Shown here in pieces: positions 25,581 through 35,093 of a stretch of 47,281 bases of DNA (position 1 is its first letter; every line of letters begins with the position of its first letter). The DNA is from a virus (Duplodnaviria > Caudoviricetes), in IMG/VR virus record IMGVR_UViG_3300010234_000017, positions 1-47,281 of that record; one strand, written 5' to 3'. A model generated the notes under the pieces. That model saw only the letters and a list, made by a program, of their open reading frames with translations. It made no database searches and was not told the origin of the DNA. The position numbers were made by a program, and so were the translations under genes.

Positions 25581-27994
25581 TGGCTGGTGAATTTGCACCT
25601 AAAATCCAAGACACCGGAGTACAAATTAGAGGGGCTCAAAACCCCACAGCTCTTTCTGATCTATTTAAGGGACTGGGTGATACAGCTATGGACGCTGTCA
25701 ATGTCACAGATCAGGTAATCCAAGGTAACATTCAAGAAGGTGCTGAAGACCTCTTTAATGAGACTATGAAGCCCTATGAGGATTTAGCTGGAATGCCTAC
25801 TGAGATTTCTCAGTCCCAAGATAGAATGGCTAGAATACAAACTGCTTTTGAACAAGGTAAGATTAGTGATACTAGGTTCTATGGTGAACTTGTCTCTGGT
25901 ACTAAGAAACTAAAAGCTAAGTATCCGGGATACACTAAACAGATTGATTCTATTATTCAGAGTGTAACAGGTATCAGACCTGCAAATGCTTTGAGAAACT
26001 CTATTCTTTCTGAAATCCAATCTTCACAAAATGCTGCTGAACAAGCTGCTAGTGATTGGGAGAAGTTTATTATCAGGAAAGATGTTGCAGAGAGTGTATC
26101 TAATTCATTCCCTGATCTCTATACTAATCCTGAGAAATATAATGACCCTGCTATCCAAGCTCAGGTTAAAACCCAGTTTGCTCAATACCAATATCAAAAG
26201 GGTCAATTAGATATCGTATCTAAAGAACTCTCTATTGATAAGGCAACTTACGATAAGAACGAAAGACGTATTAAGTCTGTTGTAAATAACTCAGTATCCT
26301 TTACGGTTAATGAAGCTATTGCAGGACTTGACAGAGCGGCTATTAACTCTTATGGTGTTAATGTTAATAAGTTGATGTCTGATATTTCATCTGGTAAAAT
26401 GAAAATGGATGCAGCAGCTCTTGATGACTTTAGAACACAAGTGGCTATTAGGCGTAATGAGGTTGCCCAGAATGTCCGTAGGGACGTAGCACAGAGTACA
26501 AATGGCTTCATGTCCCCTGAGGATATTGATAAGTCTCTACAGGATGCTCTGAGACCATTTGACGATATCATTTCTTTGATGGGTTCAGGTGAATATGACC
26601 TTGCAGGTAGAGCAGCTAGGGAAACTAAGATTAGACAAGACCGTGATCTGAATGGTTTAATTAAAGGCAGTGATCAACTAAGATTTATTAAAAACTTAAA
26701 TGCTATTTCTCCTGAGCTTTACAGAAAATACTTAGAAGAAAACTATGGCACTGATTTAATGAATACTATTCAGAATATTAATCTGAGTAATATGAACTAT
26801 GATGGTCAATCTATCGGTGAAGCAATTGACAATACCTTATTGTTAACTAATCTAACTGAGGGTGAAAGAACAAGATCAGTACGTTCTACTATTGAAGGTG
26901 CTTCTGTTCAACTAAAAGACCCTAATGCAAACCCTGCACAGTTAAAGAAGATGGTTGATTCTGTTTATGGTGATCCTGAAATCTATGACAAGTTTGGCCA
27001 GAAGTCTCAGTTGGATGTATACAAAAGGTTTGTATCTCCTGAGGTTACTTCAAACATTGTTAAGATGAATGATCAAGAAGCCTTAGATAAGTACTATAAG
27101 TTTGCTGTAGACTCTACCTATAGAATCTCTTATGTTAAAGAGTCTCTTATGAATGTCAATGATATTCAACAAACTAAAGACTTCCTATCAGCGACCTTAG
27201 ATGAAAAAGGTAATGTTGTCCTAGAGGCTGATCAAGAGGCCTTCGAGACATGGGCTGATGGTGCCAATGCTGCTACTGTTAAGCAGATGGAAGGTAAGAT
27301 CAGGGATACTATTAATTCTGTTAACCAAGCTAATACGGTGTTCAGTTCTTTAAGTGAAGTTGCCAAAGCCAAAGGTAACGATCCTAAAGAAGAGATTGCT
27401 ACAATCATGAAGAATCTTTCTATTGACTTAGACATGAGAAAGGGTACTGGATTGATTAGTAAACTAATTGAATCTATTACTGATGTTAGTAAGGAACCTT
27501 CTGCTGATAAAGACCTTAAAGAACGTACTAAGACTAAGTTACAGAACTTATTAAATTCTGATGTCTTTAACCAAGAGGTTAGTGTTAATAAGAATATGAA
27601 CCCATCATTTGGTGGTAAAGGTCTTTCTGCCTTAGTTAAACCTAAAGCTACAGCTAGCATGGATTCGCTCTTGAAGAATGAATATCAAACAATGAGTAAG
27701 ATATTTAAATCTAAGACAGGTAAGGATGTTATGATTAATGATGCTATAGCTAAGAAAGGTACAACAAGAGTTAAGAATACTCCTAACTCTAGGCACTTCC
27801 ACGGCGATGCACTAGACTTATCTACAAGAGATATGACTGATGCAGAGAAGATGGAACTTGTTAAGGCAGCTAAAGAGGCTGGGTTTACAGGATTTGGTTA
27901 CGGTGAAAACATTCTACATGTAGATAAAGGTAAATCTCGTAAATGGATGTATAAGAATAAAACCTTTGCTGGTCTTTCCTTAGATAAACTTTAA
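25580..27994 (+). CDS. Internal virion protein with C-terminal peptidase M15-like domain
   Basis: NSRHFHGDALDL...GFTGFG...LHVD zinc-peptidase motif (H-x6-D...H). Confidence 0.78.
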   Translation: MAGEFAPKIQDTGVQIRGAQNPTALSDLFKGLGDTAMDAVNVTDQVIQGNIQEGAEDLFNETMKPYEDLAGMPTEISQSQDRMARIQTAFEQGKISDTRFYGELVSGTKKLKAKYPGYTKQIDSIIQSVTGIRPANALRNSILSEIQSSQNAAEQAASDWEKFIIRKDVAESVSNSFPDLYTNPEKYNDPAIQAQVKTQFAQYQYQKGQLDIVSKELSIDKATYDKNERRIKSVVNNSVSFTVNEAIAGLDRAAINSYGVNVNKLMSDISSGKMKMDAAALDDFRTQVAIRRNEVAQNVRRDVAQSTNGFMSPEDIDKSLQDALRPFDDIISLMGSGEYDLAGRAARETKIRQDRDLNGLIKGSDQLRFIKNLNAISPELYRKYLEENYGTDLMNTIQNINLSNMNYDGQSIGEAIDNTLLLTNLTEGERTRSVRSTIEGASVQLKDPNANPAQLKKMVDSVYGDPEIYDKFGQKSQLDVYKRFVSPEVTSNIVKMNDQEALDKYYKFAVDSTYRISYVKESLMNVNDIQQTKDFLSATLDEKGNVVLEADQEAFETWADGANAATVKQMEGKIRDTINSVNQANTVFSSLSEVAKAKGNDPKEEIATIMKNLSIDLDMRKGTGLISKLIESITDVSKEPSADKDLKERTKTKLQNLLNSDVFNQEVSVNKNMNPSFGGKGLSALVKPKATASMDSLLKNEYQTMSKIFKSKTGKDVMINDAIAKKGTTRVKNTPNSRHFHGDALDLSTRDMTDAEKMELVKAAKEAGFTGFGYGENILHVDKGKSRKWMYKNKTFAGLSLDKL

Positions 27995-28010
27995 TAACTA
28001 AATAGTAGAC

Positions 28011-28054
28011 AAAAAGAAACCCCTGAAGTTCACATGGAGCTTCAGGGGTTTTCT
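28011..28054. terminator. Bidirectional rho-independent terminator between convergent arms
   Basis: AAAAAG-AAACCCCTGAAGTTC-ACATG-GAGCTTCAGGGGTTT-TCT. Confidence 0.9.
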
Positions 28055-28058
28055 GTAT

Positions 28059-28274
28059 CTACTCATAGTCTTCTAATAATACCTCTAGCATATGGATAGC
28101 TTTTTTAATATCTTCTTTGCCGCCCTTCTTCCTGTGCCTAGATACATACTTAATTACATTACCTTCTACAAAGGGTATGTTATTAGCAATACAGTATTCT
28201 AGGGGTTGGATAGCCATATCTTTGTAATGACCACCACCTATTTGAATATCAAGTGGCTTTTTTGGGTTGCTCAA
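28059..28274 (-). CDS. DUF3310 (T7 gp1.7 nucleotide-kinase-like) protein
   Basis: QIGGGHY...IQPLEY...EGNVIKYVSRH..KGG.EDIKKA; probable TTG start at 28274 after AGGAG. Confidence 0.85.
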   Translation of the reverse strand: MSNPKKPLDIQIGGGHYKDMAIQPLEYCIANNIPFVEGNVIKYVSRHRKKGGKEDIKKAIHMLEVLLEDYE

Positions 28275-28464
28275 TACTATTCTCTCCTGTACCTTTAACA
28301 AAGATTTTTGCAGTCCACTTATTTGTTGTCTCATCAAACTCAACATCTTTTCTTACTGAGACACCAGATTGTTTAATATCTTTGCTCTTCTCTTCTGCCC
28401 ATTCCGTAGCTTTTTGTTGAGTAGGGAATGATCTACTCTGTGCTAATCTTGCATATTGTGCCAT
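28249..28464 (-). CDS. Hypothetical protein
   Basis: 71 aa, SRSFPTQQKATEWA motif, GAGGA RBS. Confidence 0.65.
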   Translation of the reverse strand: MAQYARLAQSRSFPTQQKATEWAEEKSKDIKQSGVSVRKDVEFDETTNKWTAKIFVKGTGENSIEQPKKAT

Positions 28465-28848
28465 TTAGAAATCCTCTACTTTATAAACATTGTTAGGAAA
28501 GTACCCTTTTTCTTGTTTTTCTTCATCCTGTAGCTTCTTAATATAGTTTGCTAGTCTTTGTGCTATATAGTTTGCTTCAGCCCAACTACTAAAATTTTTT
28601 GGATAAACTCTGTCAATATTCCAAAAACCCCCCTTTTTAAGGTACCTCAAAGTTGCTCTGGGTATTGAGTTAACCCTTCGTGCATATTCTACAGGTCTTG
28701 TCTTAGGACAAGGGAGGCTTTTCATTTCCTTTTTTTCATCCACAGTAAGAAGCTCAATTTTATAAAACCCCTTTTTTATTCGTACTACTTTAACATACTT
28801 TATTCGTAAGAATGGTATATCTTGTATACTATTTAAGTAATTATCCAT
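28465..28848 (-). CDS. Hypothetical basic protein
   Basis: 127-aa ORF with GGAG RBS. Confidence 0.65.
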   Translation of the reverse strand: MDNYLNSIQDIPFLRIKYVKVVRIKKGFYKIELLTVDEKKEMKSLPCPKTRPVEYARRVNSIPRATLRYLKKGGFWNIDRVYPKNFSSWAEANYIAQRLANYIKKLQDEEKQEKGYFPNNVYKVEDF

Positions 28849-28849
28849 A

Positions 28850-29215
28850 CTAATCTCCTATTTGATGTACTGGGATATTCTTTTTAGTAGATTGCTCAAC
28901 CATATGAGCTGTACCATTACCTCCTTTAAAAGCAATCACCATATCAGGTTCAGCATCTAACATATCTAAATTCCTAATAACCCCAGCAGCTTTACCATAC
29001 TTTTTCCAATTAGCTCTGTATTCAGTACAAGGGACTTCCATTTCTTTTGCCCACTCTTTTGCTAATCTATCTGCGCCTTTTGCTCCACCTTGAATAATAT
29101 GTAAGTTTTTATATTTACTATTTAGTGAGTCTAGGGTACGTCCCACTGTTTCCCAATCTGTAAAATCTCTTCCTCCACATACAAGTACTTTATACATATG
29201 TAGCCTCATCTCCAC
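28850..29215 (-). CDS. SLOG superfamily protein (YspA/DUF2493-like)
   Basis: VLVCGGRDF, IIQGGAKGADRLA, YGKAAGVIRN, GTAHM; real start probably MYKVLV at 29197. Confidence 0.88.
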   Translation of the reverse strand: MEMRLHMYKVLVCGGRDFTDWETVGRTLDSLNSKYKNLHIIQGGAKGADRLAKEWAKEMEVPCTEYRANWKKYGKAAGVIRNLDMLDAEPDMVIAFKGGNGTAHMVEQSTKKNIPVHQIGD

Positions 29216-29414
29216 GTTTCTTTGTCATAATAAATACCATTGCCATCCTCTTACATAACCTTTCCCAGTCAGGTATATCTGATTCTGTAAAGTATTCTTT
29301 ATGGTAAATAGAATAGTTGAGGGATTTATTAAATAGGTGTCTCTCATACTCATCCATTGCTTTCCAGAACTTAGGAGAACAACGGTGAGTATTTTTTGCT
29401 TTAGGTTCCCTCAT
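29190..29414 (-). CDS. Hypothetical protein
   Basis: 74-aa ORF, translationally coupled. Confidence 0.6.
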   Translation of the reverse strand: MREPKAKNTHRCSPKFWKAMDEYERHLFNKSLNYSIYHKEYFTESDIPDWERLCKRMAMVFIMTKKRGDEATYV

Positions 29415-29644
29415 TAAGCAATCCTTTTTAAGAGAGTAACCTCATACTTCTTAAGATCATTAGTAATTTTAATCTCTTTAAGGTTATAGCTTTGTAGATA
29501 GAAAGTATCTAGAAAATCTAGAACTTCTCCCCAATTCTTAAACTTGTATGTTTCATAATTACTATTTTCACTTTCCAACATACCTTTATCAACATAATTC
29601 ATTTTCATATTATTCCTCCTTAAAATTACAGTCACATAGGGCAA
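29414..29644 (-). CDS. Hypothetical protein
   Basis: Probable start MKMNY at about 29608 after GGAGG. Confidence 0.6.
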   Translation of the reverse strand: MPYVTVILRRNNMKMNYVDKGMLESENSNYETYKFKNWGEVLDFLDTFYLQSYNLKEIKITNDLKKYEVTLLKRIA

Positions 29645-29840
29645 ATACCCTATAATCTTGTTTATCTAAATCATAGCCCTTCATAAGCCATTGTCTATCT
29701 GGATGAAACTCTGTAGAACCAAAGCTTATAGCAATTGGCTCCACAGTTCTCATGGATGTTACTCCCTTATAGTTGGTATAGGAAAACCTAACAACCTTAG
29801 GACCCACAGTAACCTCCTCCTGTGATATCACAGACATCAT
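29610..29840 (-). CDS. Stand-alone WYL-domain-like protein
   Basis: FSYTNYKG..SMRTVEP...QWLMKGYDLDKQDYRVFAL. Confidence 0.75.
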   Translation of the reverse strand: MMSVISQEEVTVGPKVVRFSYTNYKGVTSMRTVEPIAISFGSTEFHPDRQWLMKGYDLDKQDYRVFALCDCNFKEE

Positions 29841-31446
29841 TGATTTCTAGGTGTTCTTCTACTTCTTCACCAAGCTTATTGTGTGCTAGGCTATAAGGAA
29901 CAGAAGTAAGAGGTTGACCTCCTCTACTACCATCAGGGTAGCATGTGAAGCCTCTTAGTCTAGATGCATAAGATGCAAGAGTATTTGCAAACTCTTCTGT
30001 AGTAAACTTTTGGTCTTTCTTAGGTGGTAGATTAATAGTAGAAGAAATAGCCATATCAACATAGTCCTGAATATCAGCTTGGAACTTAATCCGTCTCTCA
30101 TAATCATTAGCTAAATCAATAGCACTCTCTACACTATCTGGATCAACTCCCGTCTCATTAATAATTGTCTGAGCAGCATGGTCCACAGCATACTGGAAAT
30201 GCCACCTATTATTCTTAAGGTAACGTCTCTTGTATGCCACAGAGTACACAGGCTCAATACCTGTTGTAGTACCTGCTACCATCCCGATTGTACCTGTAGG
30301 AGCAATTGCCCTATTAGCAACAGGACGCGAAATACCAAAACTATCAGCATATACTTTAGAAGTATGATCACTGACACCTTTATATACGGCCATCCAATTA
30401 TGAAGCTCTGGAGTAACTTCATATTTATACCCTCGTTGTAAAAGCCACTCATGGATACCCATAAGACCTAAACCAAGTCGTCTATTCTTTTCTCTGGTTA
30501 GGTGTACTTTATCATAAGGTAGATCAGCTTCCATAGTACCACATAATAAGAAAATTGTAGCCAATTCAGTAATCTCTGCAAACTCTCTAATAGACTCAAT
30601 ACGAGACATATTAAGAGAACCTAGATTACATACATCACTGTCATCTTCAGATGTCACCTCTGTACAAGCATTACGTAGTGTCTCATTCTCTTTCTCAAAG
30701 AAGTTAAAGGAGAATCCCGGTTCAGCACCAGTTAGTGCCTGATGGACATTCTTCATAAATACTTCACCTACTTCACCAGTCTTATAATAATCTAAGAGCC
30801 ATTTGGTGTCATAGTTAACAGAGATGTTAGTCATATCTAATGGAGCAGGAAAATTAAAATCAACATTCTTAATATCTGCTAATGATTGACCTGTATCACC
30901 TACAGGTATACTCTTCCAATCTTTTACAGTTAGGAAAGTTTCGATATCTCCATGTCCATGATTGAGAGATGCGTAAATAGCACTTCTCCGGCTACCTCCC
31001 TGCATAACTCTACGTCCAATTTCGTTGAGCATAAGCATCTTTGGTATAGGTCCTGAAGCCTTGCCTCCCGTGCGGGAAATGGTGCTATTGGAATCTCTAT
31101 AAGTAGTGTAATCAGCCCCAATACCTCCCCCTGTAAGAAGACATGACTCCGCTTTCCAGCTAAGATTTGCCCAATCTTCTCTTGTATCTTCTTCTGCCTT
31201 AAGAAGGTAGCAATTGTTGAAGAACTTGACAGGCCTTCCAGCATAGTATAAGTATCTCCCTCCCGGAATAAACTTCATATCCCTGATGGCCTCAAAGATT
31301 TTATCTTGGATATCTTTTGGTACATATTTACCAGTGACTTGTGTTGTTAATGTTCTAGCTAAGTCTTCCCATGTCTCACAGCCATCGTGTGAGTACTTAT
31401 TATAGAAGATGCTTTCTGATAACTCTGTCCTAAACTGTTTATTCAT
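29797..31446 (-). CDS. nrdJ: Class II (adenosylcobalamin-dependent) ribonucleotide reductase
   Basis: FIPGGR, NNCY, GGSRRSA, RNACTE finger loop, VCNLGS, IAPTGT, C-terminal Cys pair; no small subunit gene seen. Confidence 0.88.
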   Translation of the reverse strand: MNKQFRTELSESIFYNKYSHDGCETWEDLARTLTTQVTGKYVPKDIQDKIFEAIRDMKFIPGGRYLYYAGRPVKFFNNCYLLKAEEDTREDWANLSWKAESCLLTGGGIGADYTTYRDSNSTISRTGGKASGPIPKMLMLNEIGRRVMQGGSRRSAIYASLNHGHGDIETFLTVKDWKSIPVGDTGQSLADIKNVDFNFPAPLDMTNISVNYDTKWLLDYYKTGEVGEVFMKNVHQALTGAEPGFSFNFFEKENETLRNACTEVTSEDDSDVCNLGSLNMSRIESIREFAEITELATIFLLCGTMEADLPYDKVHLTREKNRRLGLGLMGIHEWLLQRGYKYEVTPELHNWMAVYKGVSDHTSKVYADSFGISRPVANRAIAPTGTIGMVAGTTTGIEPVYSVAYKRRYLKNNRWHFQYAVDHAAQTIINETGVDPDSVESAIDLANDYERRIKFQADIQDYVDMAISSTINLPPKKDQKFTTEEFANTLASYASRLRGFTCYPDGSRGGQPLTSVPYSLAHNKLGEEVEEHLEINDVCDITGGGYCGS

Positions 31447-31636
31447 CTAACATTTCCGATACTACCCAAGATACATTCCATACAATAGTGCCCCATTCTT
31501 TATCAGATAAGAAAGTTTTAGGGTGTGTTAATAGGTCTTGGTTATCTTCAAGCATTTCATGTGTCTTATTAAACATACGTTTTTGCCTAGGTGTTAATTT
31601 TTTCCAATATTTTTTTGGTACCTTATATTTATTCAA
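31439..31636 (-). CDS. Hypothetical protein
   Basis: 65-aa ORF coupled to neighbours. Confidence 0.6.
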   Translation of the reverse strand: MNKYKVPKKYWKKLTPRQKRMFNKTHEMLEDNQDLLTHPKTFLSDKEWGTIVWNVSWVVSEMLDE

Positions 31637-31988
31637 CTTTTTCCCTCTCTGTATGGTAGTGTTTATTAATCTCTTGAGAGATATATTTCTTATAGGTAGG
31701 GACTAGCATAGATTTAAACTTTGCCATCCACGTAGGGTCTAGGAAGTTTTTCTTTGTCATAACAATAGTATTATAGAATGACCTTTGGTTATCAGCCATC
31801 TCTTTACCAGTTAAGACAGTTAGTTTGTAATTAAGTGTACCTAATCTTTTATCATTATCAACATCTAATCTAATAGATGACTCAGGGTACTGTTCATCAA
31901 ACCAATCGAAGAGTTCTCCATATAAGCCTGAGATTTCCTCAAATTGCTTAATGTCAAACTCTTCTAACATGTGTTGGGTGTTTACCAT
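31629..31988 (-). CDS. Hypothetical protein
   Basis: 119-aa ORF coupled to neighbours. Confidence 0.65.
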   Translation of the reverse strand: MVNTQHMLEEFDIKQFEEISGLYGELFDWFDEQYPESSIRLDVDNDKRLGTLNYKLTVLTGKEMADNQRSFYNTIVMTKKNFLDPTWMAKFKSMLVPTYKKYISQEINKHYHTEREKVE

Positions 31989-32503
31989 TTTCTCAACTCT
32001 TCAATATTTATAGGAGTGTAGTTTGTATGCTCAACACATACACAACGATGGTCCTCAGTAGGACTTTGTTTATTATGTATATGTCCGTGAATATTTAAAA
32101 GCTTAGGTGGGTTTTCCTCATTACCTGTTTTACCTCTAAATAAAGAACTAGGGTCTACAGGAACATGAGTTAGTAATAAACCAAACTCAGTAAACATTCT
32201 CCAAATTGTTATTTTCTGAAAGTTTCTTTGTAGTATCTGATCTTTACCATTATCATGGTTACCTAATATAAGTCTTTTACGTCCTTTTAATTGTGAAAGA
32301 AGGTGATATGTTTCTTGTCTATCTCCTCCCATATATACATCACCTAGATGATATACAATATCTTGATCCTTAACTACAGAGTTCCAATTTTCAATTAAAC
32401 ACTCATTCATTAGCTCAGAATTGCCAAATGGTCTCCCACAATACTGAATAATATTTGTATGATTAAAGTGGGTATCACTGGTTACCCAAATATTTCTTTC
32501 CAT
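31982..32503 (-). CDS. Calcineurin-like metallophosphoesterase
   Basis: SDTHFNH, HLGDV, LGNHD, THVP, HGHIH. Confidence 0.92.
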   Translation of the reverse strand: MERNIWVTSDTHFNHTNIIQYCGRPFGNSELMNECLIENWNSVVKDQDIVYHLGDVYMGGDRQETYHLLSQLKGRKRLILGNHDNGKDQILQRNFQKITIWRMFTEFGLLLTHVPVDPSSLFRGKTGNEENPPKLLNIHGHIHNKQSPTEDHRCVCVEHTNYTPINIEELRKW

Positions 32504-32514
32504 ACTTTACCTCA

Positions 32515-32649
32515 TTAATTAATAGACCTAAGGATTGCAGGGATATCAGAACGTGAAATACCAATATCTCTTAGCTCTTTGTCTGACAACTGTTCAAGCT
32601 CACGACGTGTTTGTAATCGATGTGCATAAGATTTTAGTTTTCTAAACAT
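32515..32649 (-). CDS. DUF1127 (YjiS-like) small protein
   Basis: Read by hand: MFRKLKSYAHRLQTRRELEQLSDKELRDIGISRSDIPAILRSIN; AAGGAG RBS; TAATG coupling. Confidence 0.9.
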   Translation of the reverse strand: MFRKLKSYAHRLQTRRELEQLSDKELRDIGISRSDIPAILRSIN

Positions 32650-33041
32650 TAATGTACTCCTTCAAATAAATCTCTTAGTACAGGTGGTTCATAGTTATCA
32701 CCCTTAAGAATTTTACCATCATCTCGTTTATTACCAAGCTCTTTGGTCATATTACTTTCATGCACTCTTTTAAAGGTTTCCTCCAAAGGAAGTCCCCAAT
32801 ATACAGCAGCGCCTACAGTTACATATAAAATATCAGCTAATTCTTTTGTAAGAGCTTCTTTATCTACATGAACAGGCCTTAAGGCTTGTCCAAAGCTGTT
32901 ACACATCTCTTCTGAAGCTTCTACAGACTCTTCTAAAATAAGAGTATTACGTAGGGCTAAAGAATCCTCATCAATCGGTTGATTAATACCTGCATTATAC
33001 TTCTTATGAAAGTCTTCTACAGCTTTAAAAATATTAAACAA
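32649..33041 (-). CDS. MazG-like / PRA-PH family NTP pyrophosphatase
   Basis: LILEESVE, KELADILYV, VHESNMTK, DGKILKG.NY. Confidence 0.9.
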   Translation of the reverse strand: MFNIFKAVEDFHKKYNAGINQPIDEDSLALRNTLILEESVEASEEMCNSFGQALRPVHVDKEALTKELADILYVTVGAAVYWGLPLEETFKRVHESNMTKELGNKRDDGKILKGDNYEPPVLRDLFEGVH

Positions 33042-33330
33042 TGTTTATTACCTCTTTGTAAAAGTTACTCTTCCAGTTCTTGACAGAGTATATTGTATTT
33101 AAAGTCTCAATTTCTTTTTCGGAAATATTAACAATAAGGGATGTACGAATAGTCTCATTATCTCTGAATCTATTTTTTTGGTCTGTAAGTAACTTCCCAT
33201 ATACAAGTAAACATTCTTTTTCTTTACTAAGGGGGTTTTCAATTACTAAAGCCTTTTTATAAGACTTAGAGTAATCATTGGTTAAGAGGATTTCAGCGTC
33301 CACTAGTGTCCCACCAAATTGTTTATCCAT
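33034..33330 (-). CDS. Hypothetical protein
   Basis: D.KNRF.D...IRTS.IV...IETLNT.Y conserved-looking phage motif. Confidence 0.7.
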   Translation of the reverse strand: MDKQFGGTLVDAEILLTNDYSKSYKKALVIENPLSKEKECLLVYGKLLTDQKNRFRDNETIRTSLIVNISEKEIETLNTIYSVKNWKSNFYKEVINIV

Positions 33331-33584
33331 TAGTCTTGTTTCCCATTACGTTTCGGTTGCTTCTTACGGTTAGTTTTCTTAGAAACAACTCTTGTCTTAT
33401 TACCAAGTTTACCTTTACGGTTCATACCCAAGTGATCTACTTCTTTACCATCACCCTTTTTTACCTTACCTGCCTTAGCAGCTTGGGCTCTGGCCTTATT
33501 ACGTTGGGCTCTTCGTTTCTTTTGTTCAGGGGTACCATGATAATCACGATACTCCTTTTTATAATTTCTAGCTTTCTTAGCCAT
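33330..33584 (-). CDS. Basic HNH-like protein
   Basis: RNYKKEY..YHG, GDGKEVDH, VVS..TNR; start MAKKAR. Confidence 0.7.
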   Translation of the reverse strand: MAKKARNYKKEYRDYHGTPEQKKRRAQRNKARAQAAKAGKVKKGDGKEVDHLGMNRKGKLGNKTRVVSKKTNRKKQPKRNGKQD

Positions 33585-33586
33585 TT

Positions 33587-34108
33587 CTATTCCTCTTCTC
33601 CACAATAGGGTGCTACATATTTCAGGTCTTTACCAAACATATGGAACCAATCTTTAGTTAATCCTCCCCTATTTGCTAATAGCATATGTAGCTTGTTAGG
33701 ATATTGTTGTAAGTACCAATTCTGATAAGCTTCAGGGGATAAACTTACAAACTCTAATGAGAACTGCTTCCTAGTATGAGGGGCATGAAAATGTAATGAT
33801 GCACTTGGGTGAACACAAAACTGATCTGTCTCTACTAGCTTAGTTAGTAAAGTACAGGCAGACCAACAATTACCCACTAGTTCTACCTTAGTACCATCCT
33901 TAATATACTTATCTACTAAGTCAACATACTTTTCAACAACACCACCCGGATCATGTTCAATTTTTACAATCTCAAGAGTAACAGGGTCGATTTTAAAAGG
34001 TTTTTCTTGGGATTTTACAGAGTTTGTTAGTATCCCATAAATACCCAAACAAACAATAGCTGCTGCTATAGCTCTATAAGTATATTCCCACCAACTCCAA
34101 TGTTTCAT
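33587..34108 (-). CDS. Membrane-anchored ClpP/crotonase-fold protein
   Basis: N-terminal TM; HDPGG, GNCWSACTL (Ser nucleophile), FHAP. Confidence 0.65.
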   Translation of the reverse strand: MKHWSWWEYTYRAIAAAIVCLGIYGILTNSVKSQEKPFKIDPVTLEIVKIEHDPGGVVEKYVDLVDKYIKDGTKVELVGNCWSACTLLTKLVETDQFCVHPSASLHFHAPHTRKQFSLEFVSLSPEAYQNWYLQQYPNKLHMLLANRGGLTKDWFHMFGKDLKYVAPYCGEEE

Positions 34109-34320
34109 TACTGTTCTCCCATTAGTGTTTCTAGTAATTCTTCATCAACCAAACCAGCATTAATTAATACATTGAATGCCTGATCTGGAGTAATATCAAA
34201 CCTCTCAAGAAAGGTCTCAAAGTCTTCACTTTCAAGCATCATATAGAGAAATTCCTCATTTCTTCCCATAGATTTTTTCCAATTCATCAATTGATACCCA
34301 TCGTGGATTATAGTTACCAT
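34108..34320 (-). CDS. Small acidic hypothetical protein
   Basis: Probable start MGRNEE at about 34269. Confidence 0.6.
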   Translation of the reverse strand: MVTIIHDGYQLMNWKKSMGRNEEFLYMMLESEDFETFLERFDITPDQAFNVLINAGLVDEELLETLMGEQ

Positions 34321-35026
34321 CTTCTACATTTGTCTTAATAATAACCCCTCTCCACCAGAGTTTATTTACTTCTCCTGCCCATCCTGTATCGTAATCTTGA
34401 AAGACCCCTGCGACCAATCCATTAATACGTTTACCTTCAGGGTTCGTACGAGTACTATAATCAGTAATATGTATATGCCCGCAAGTGCAAGAGGTATATT
34501 GCTTAGTAAGTAAGCTATAAGCAGGATGCTCACCCCCAATAGGCCTACCCATGACTCCCGAAACGAAGAAGTGGGCGTAGTTAACACCATCAATCTTACG
34601 GATTCCCGGAGTTCCACCATTGTATTCAATAACTTCATTATAATTCCTGTCTAAGTCAAAATCTTTAAAGCCCATTAAGCCATCAAGTTCTTGGTATTGA
34701 ATGTCTAATGCTCTCTTAAGTCTATACTCATGATTACCCTCAAAGAAGTATGAGGTAGGTTTCTTTTTCTTTGCTTTCCTAATACCATGCCATATACGAT
34801 CATCAAAGTCTAGTCCGGCATCAAGGTCTTTTCTATATGATCGACCGTTGAAAGACTTCTTACCTTTATCATAACTTGATAATGAGGGTAGGTCCCACAT
34901 ATCCCCTAAGTTAATTACCTTATCAGGCCTTAGGTCTACAATAAGTTTAGATAGTAAGTCTGCTCTTTTATTATGATGCTCAGGATGTGCATGAGGATCA
35001 GGGATAATTAAGTGTGTTTTTCCCAT
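34256..35026 (-). CDS. Metallophosphoesterase (second, different subfamily)
   Basis: IPDPH, LGDMWD, EGNHE, CGHIH. Confidence 0.9.
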   Translation of the reverse strand: MGKTHLIIPDPHAHPEHHNKRADLLSKLIVDLRPDKVINLGDMWDLPSLSSYDKGKKSFNGRSYRKDLDAGLDFDDRIWHGIRKAKKKKPTSYFFEGNHEYRLKRALDIQYQELDGLMGFKDFDLDRNYNEVIEYNGGTPGIRKIDGVNYAHFFVSGVMGRPIGGEHPAYSLLTKQYTSCTCGHIHITDYSTRTNPEGKRINGLVAGVFQDYDTGWAGEVNKLWWRGVIIKTNVEDGNYNPRWVSIDELEKIYGKK

Positions 35027-35093
35027 ATTATTTACTCCATTGTTTTACAGATAATATAACCTATTAGAAAATAGATTATTAGATATCCAAATA

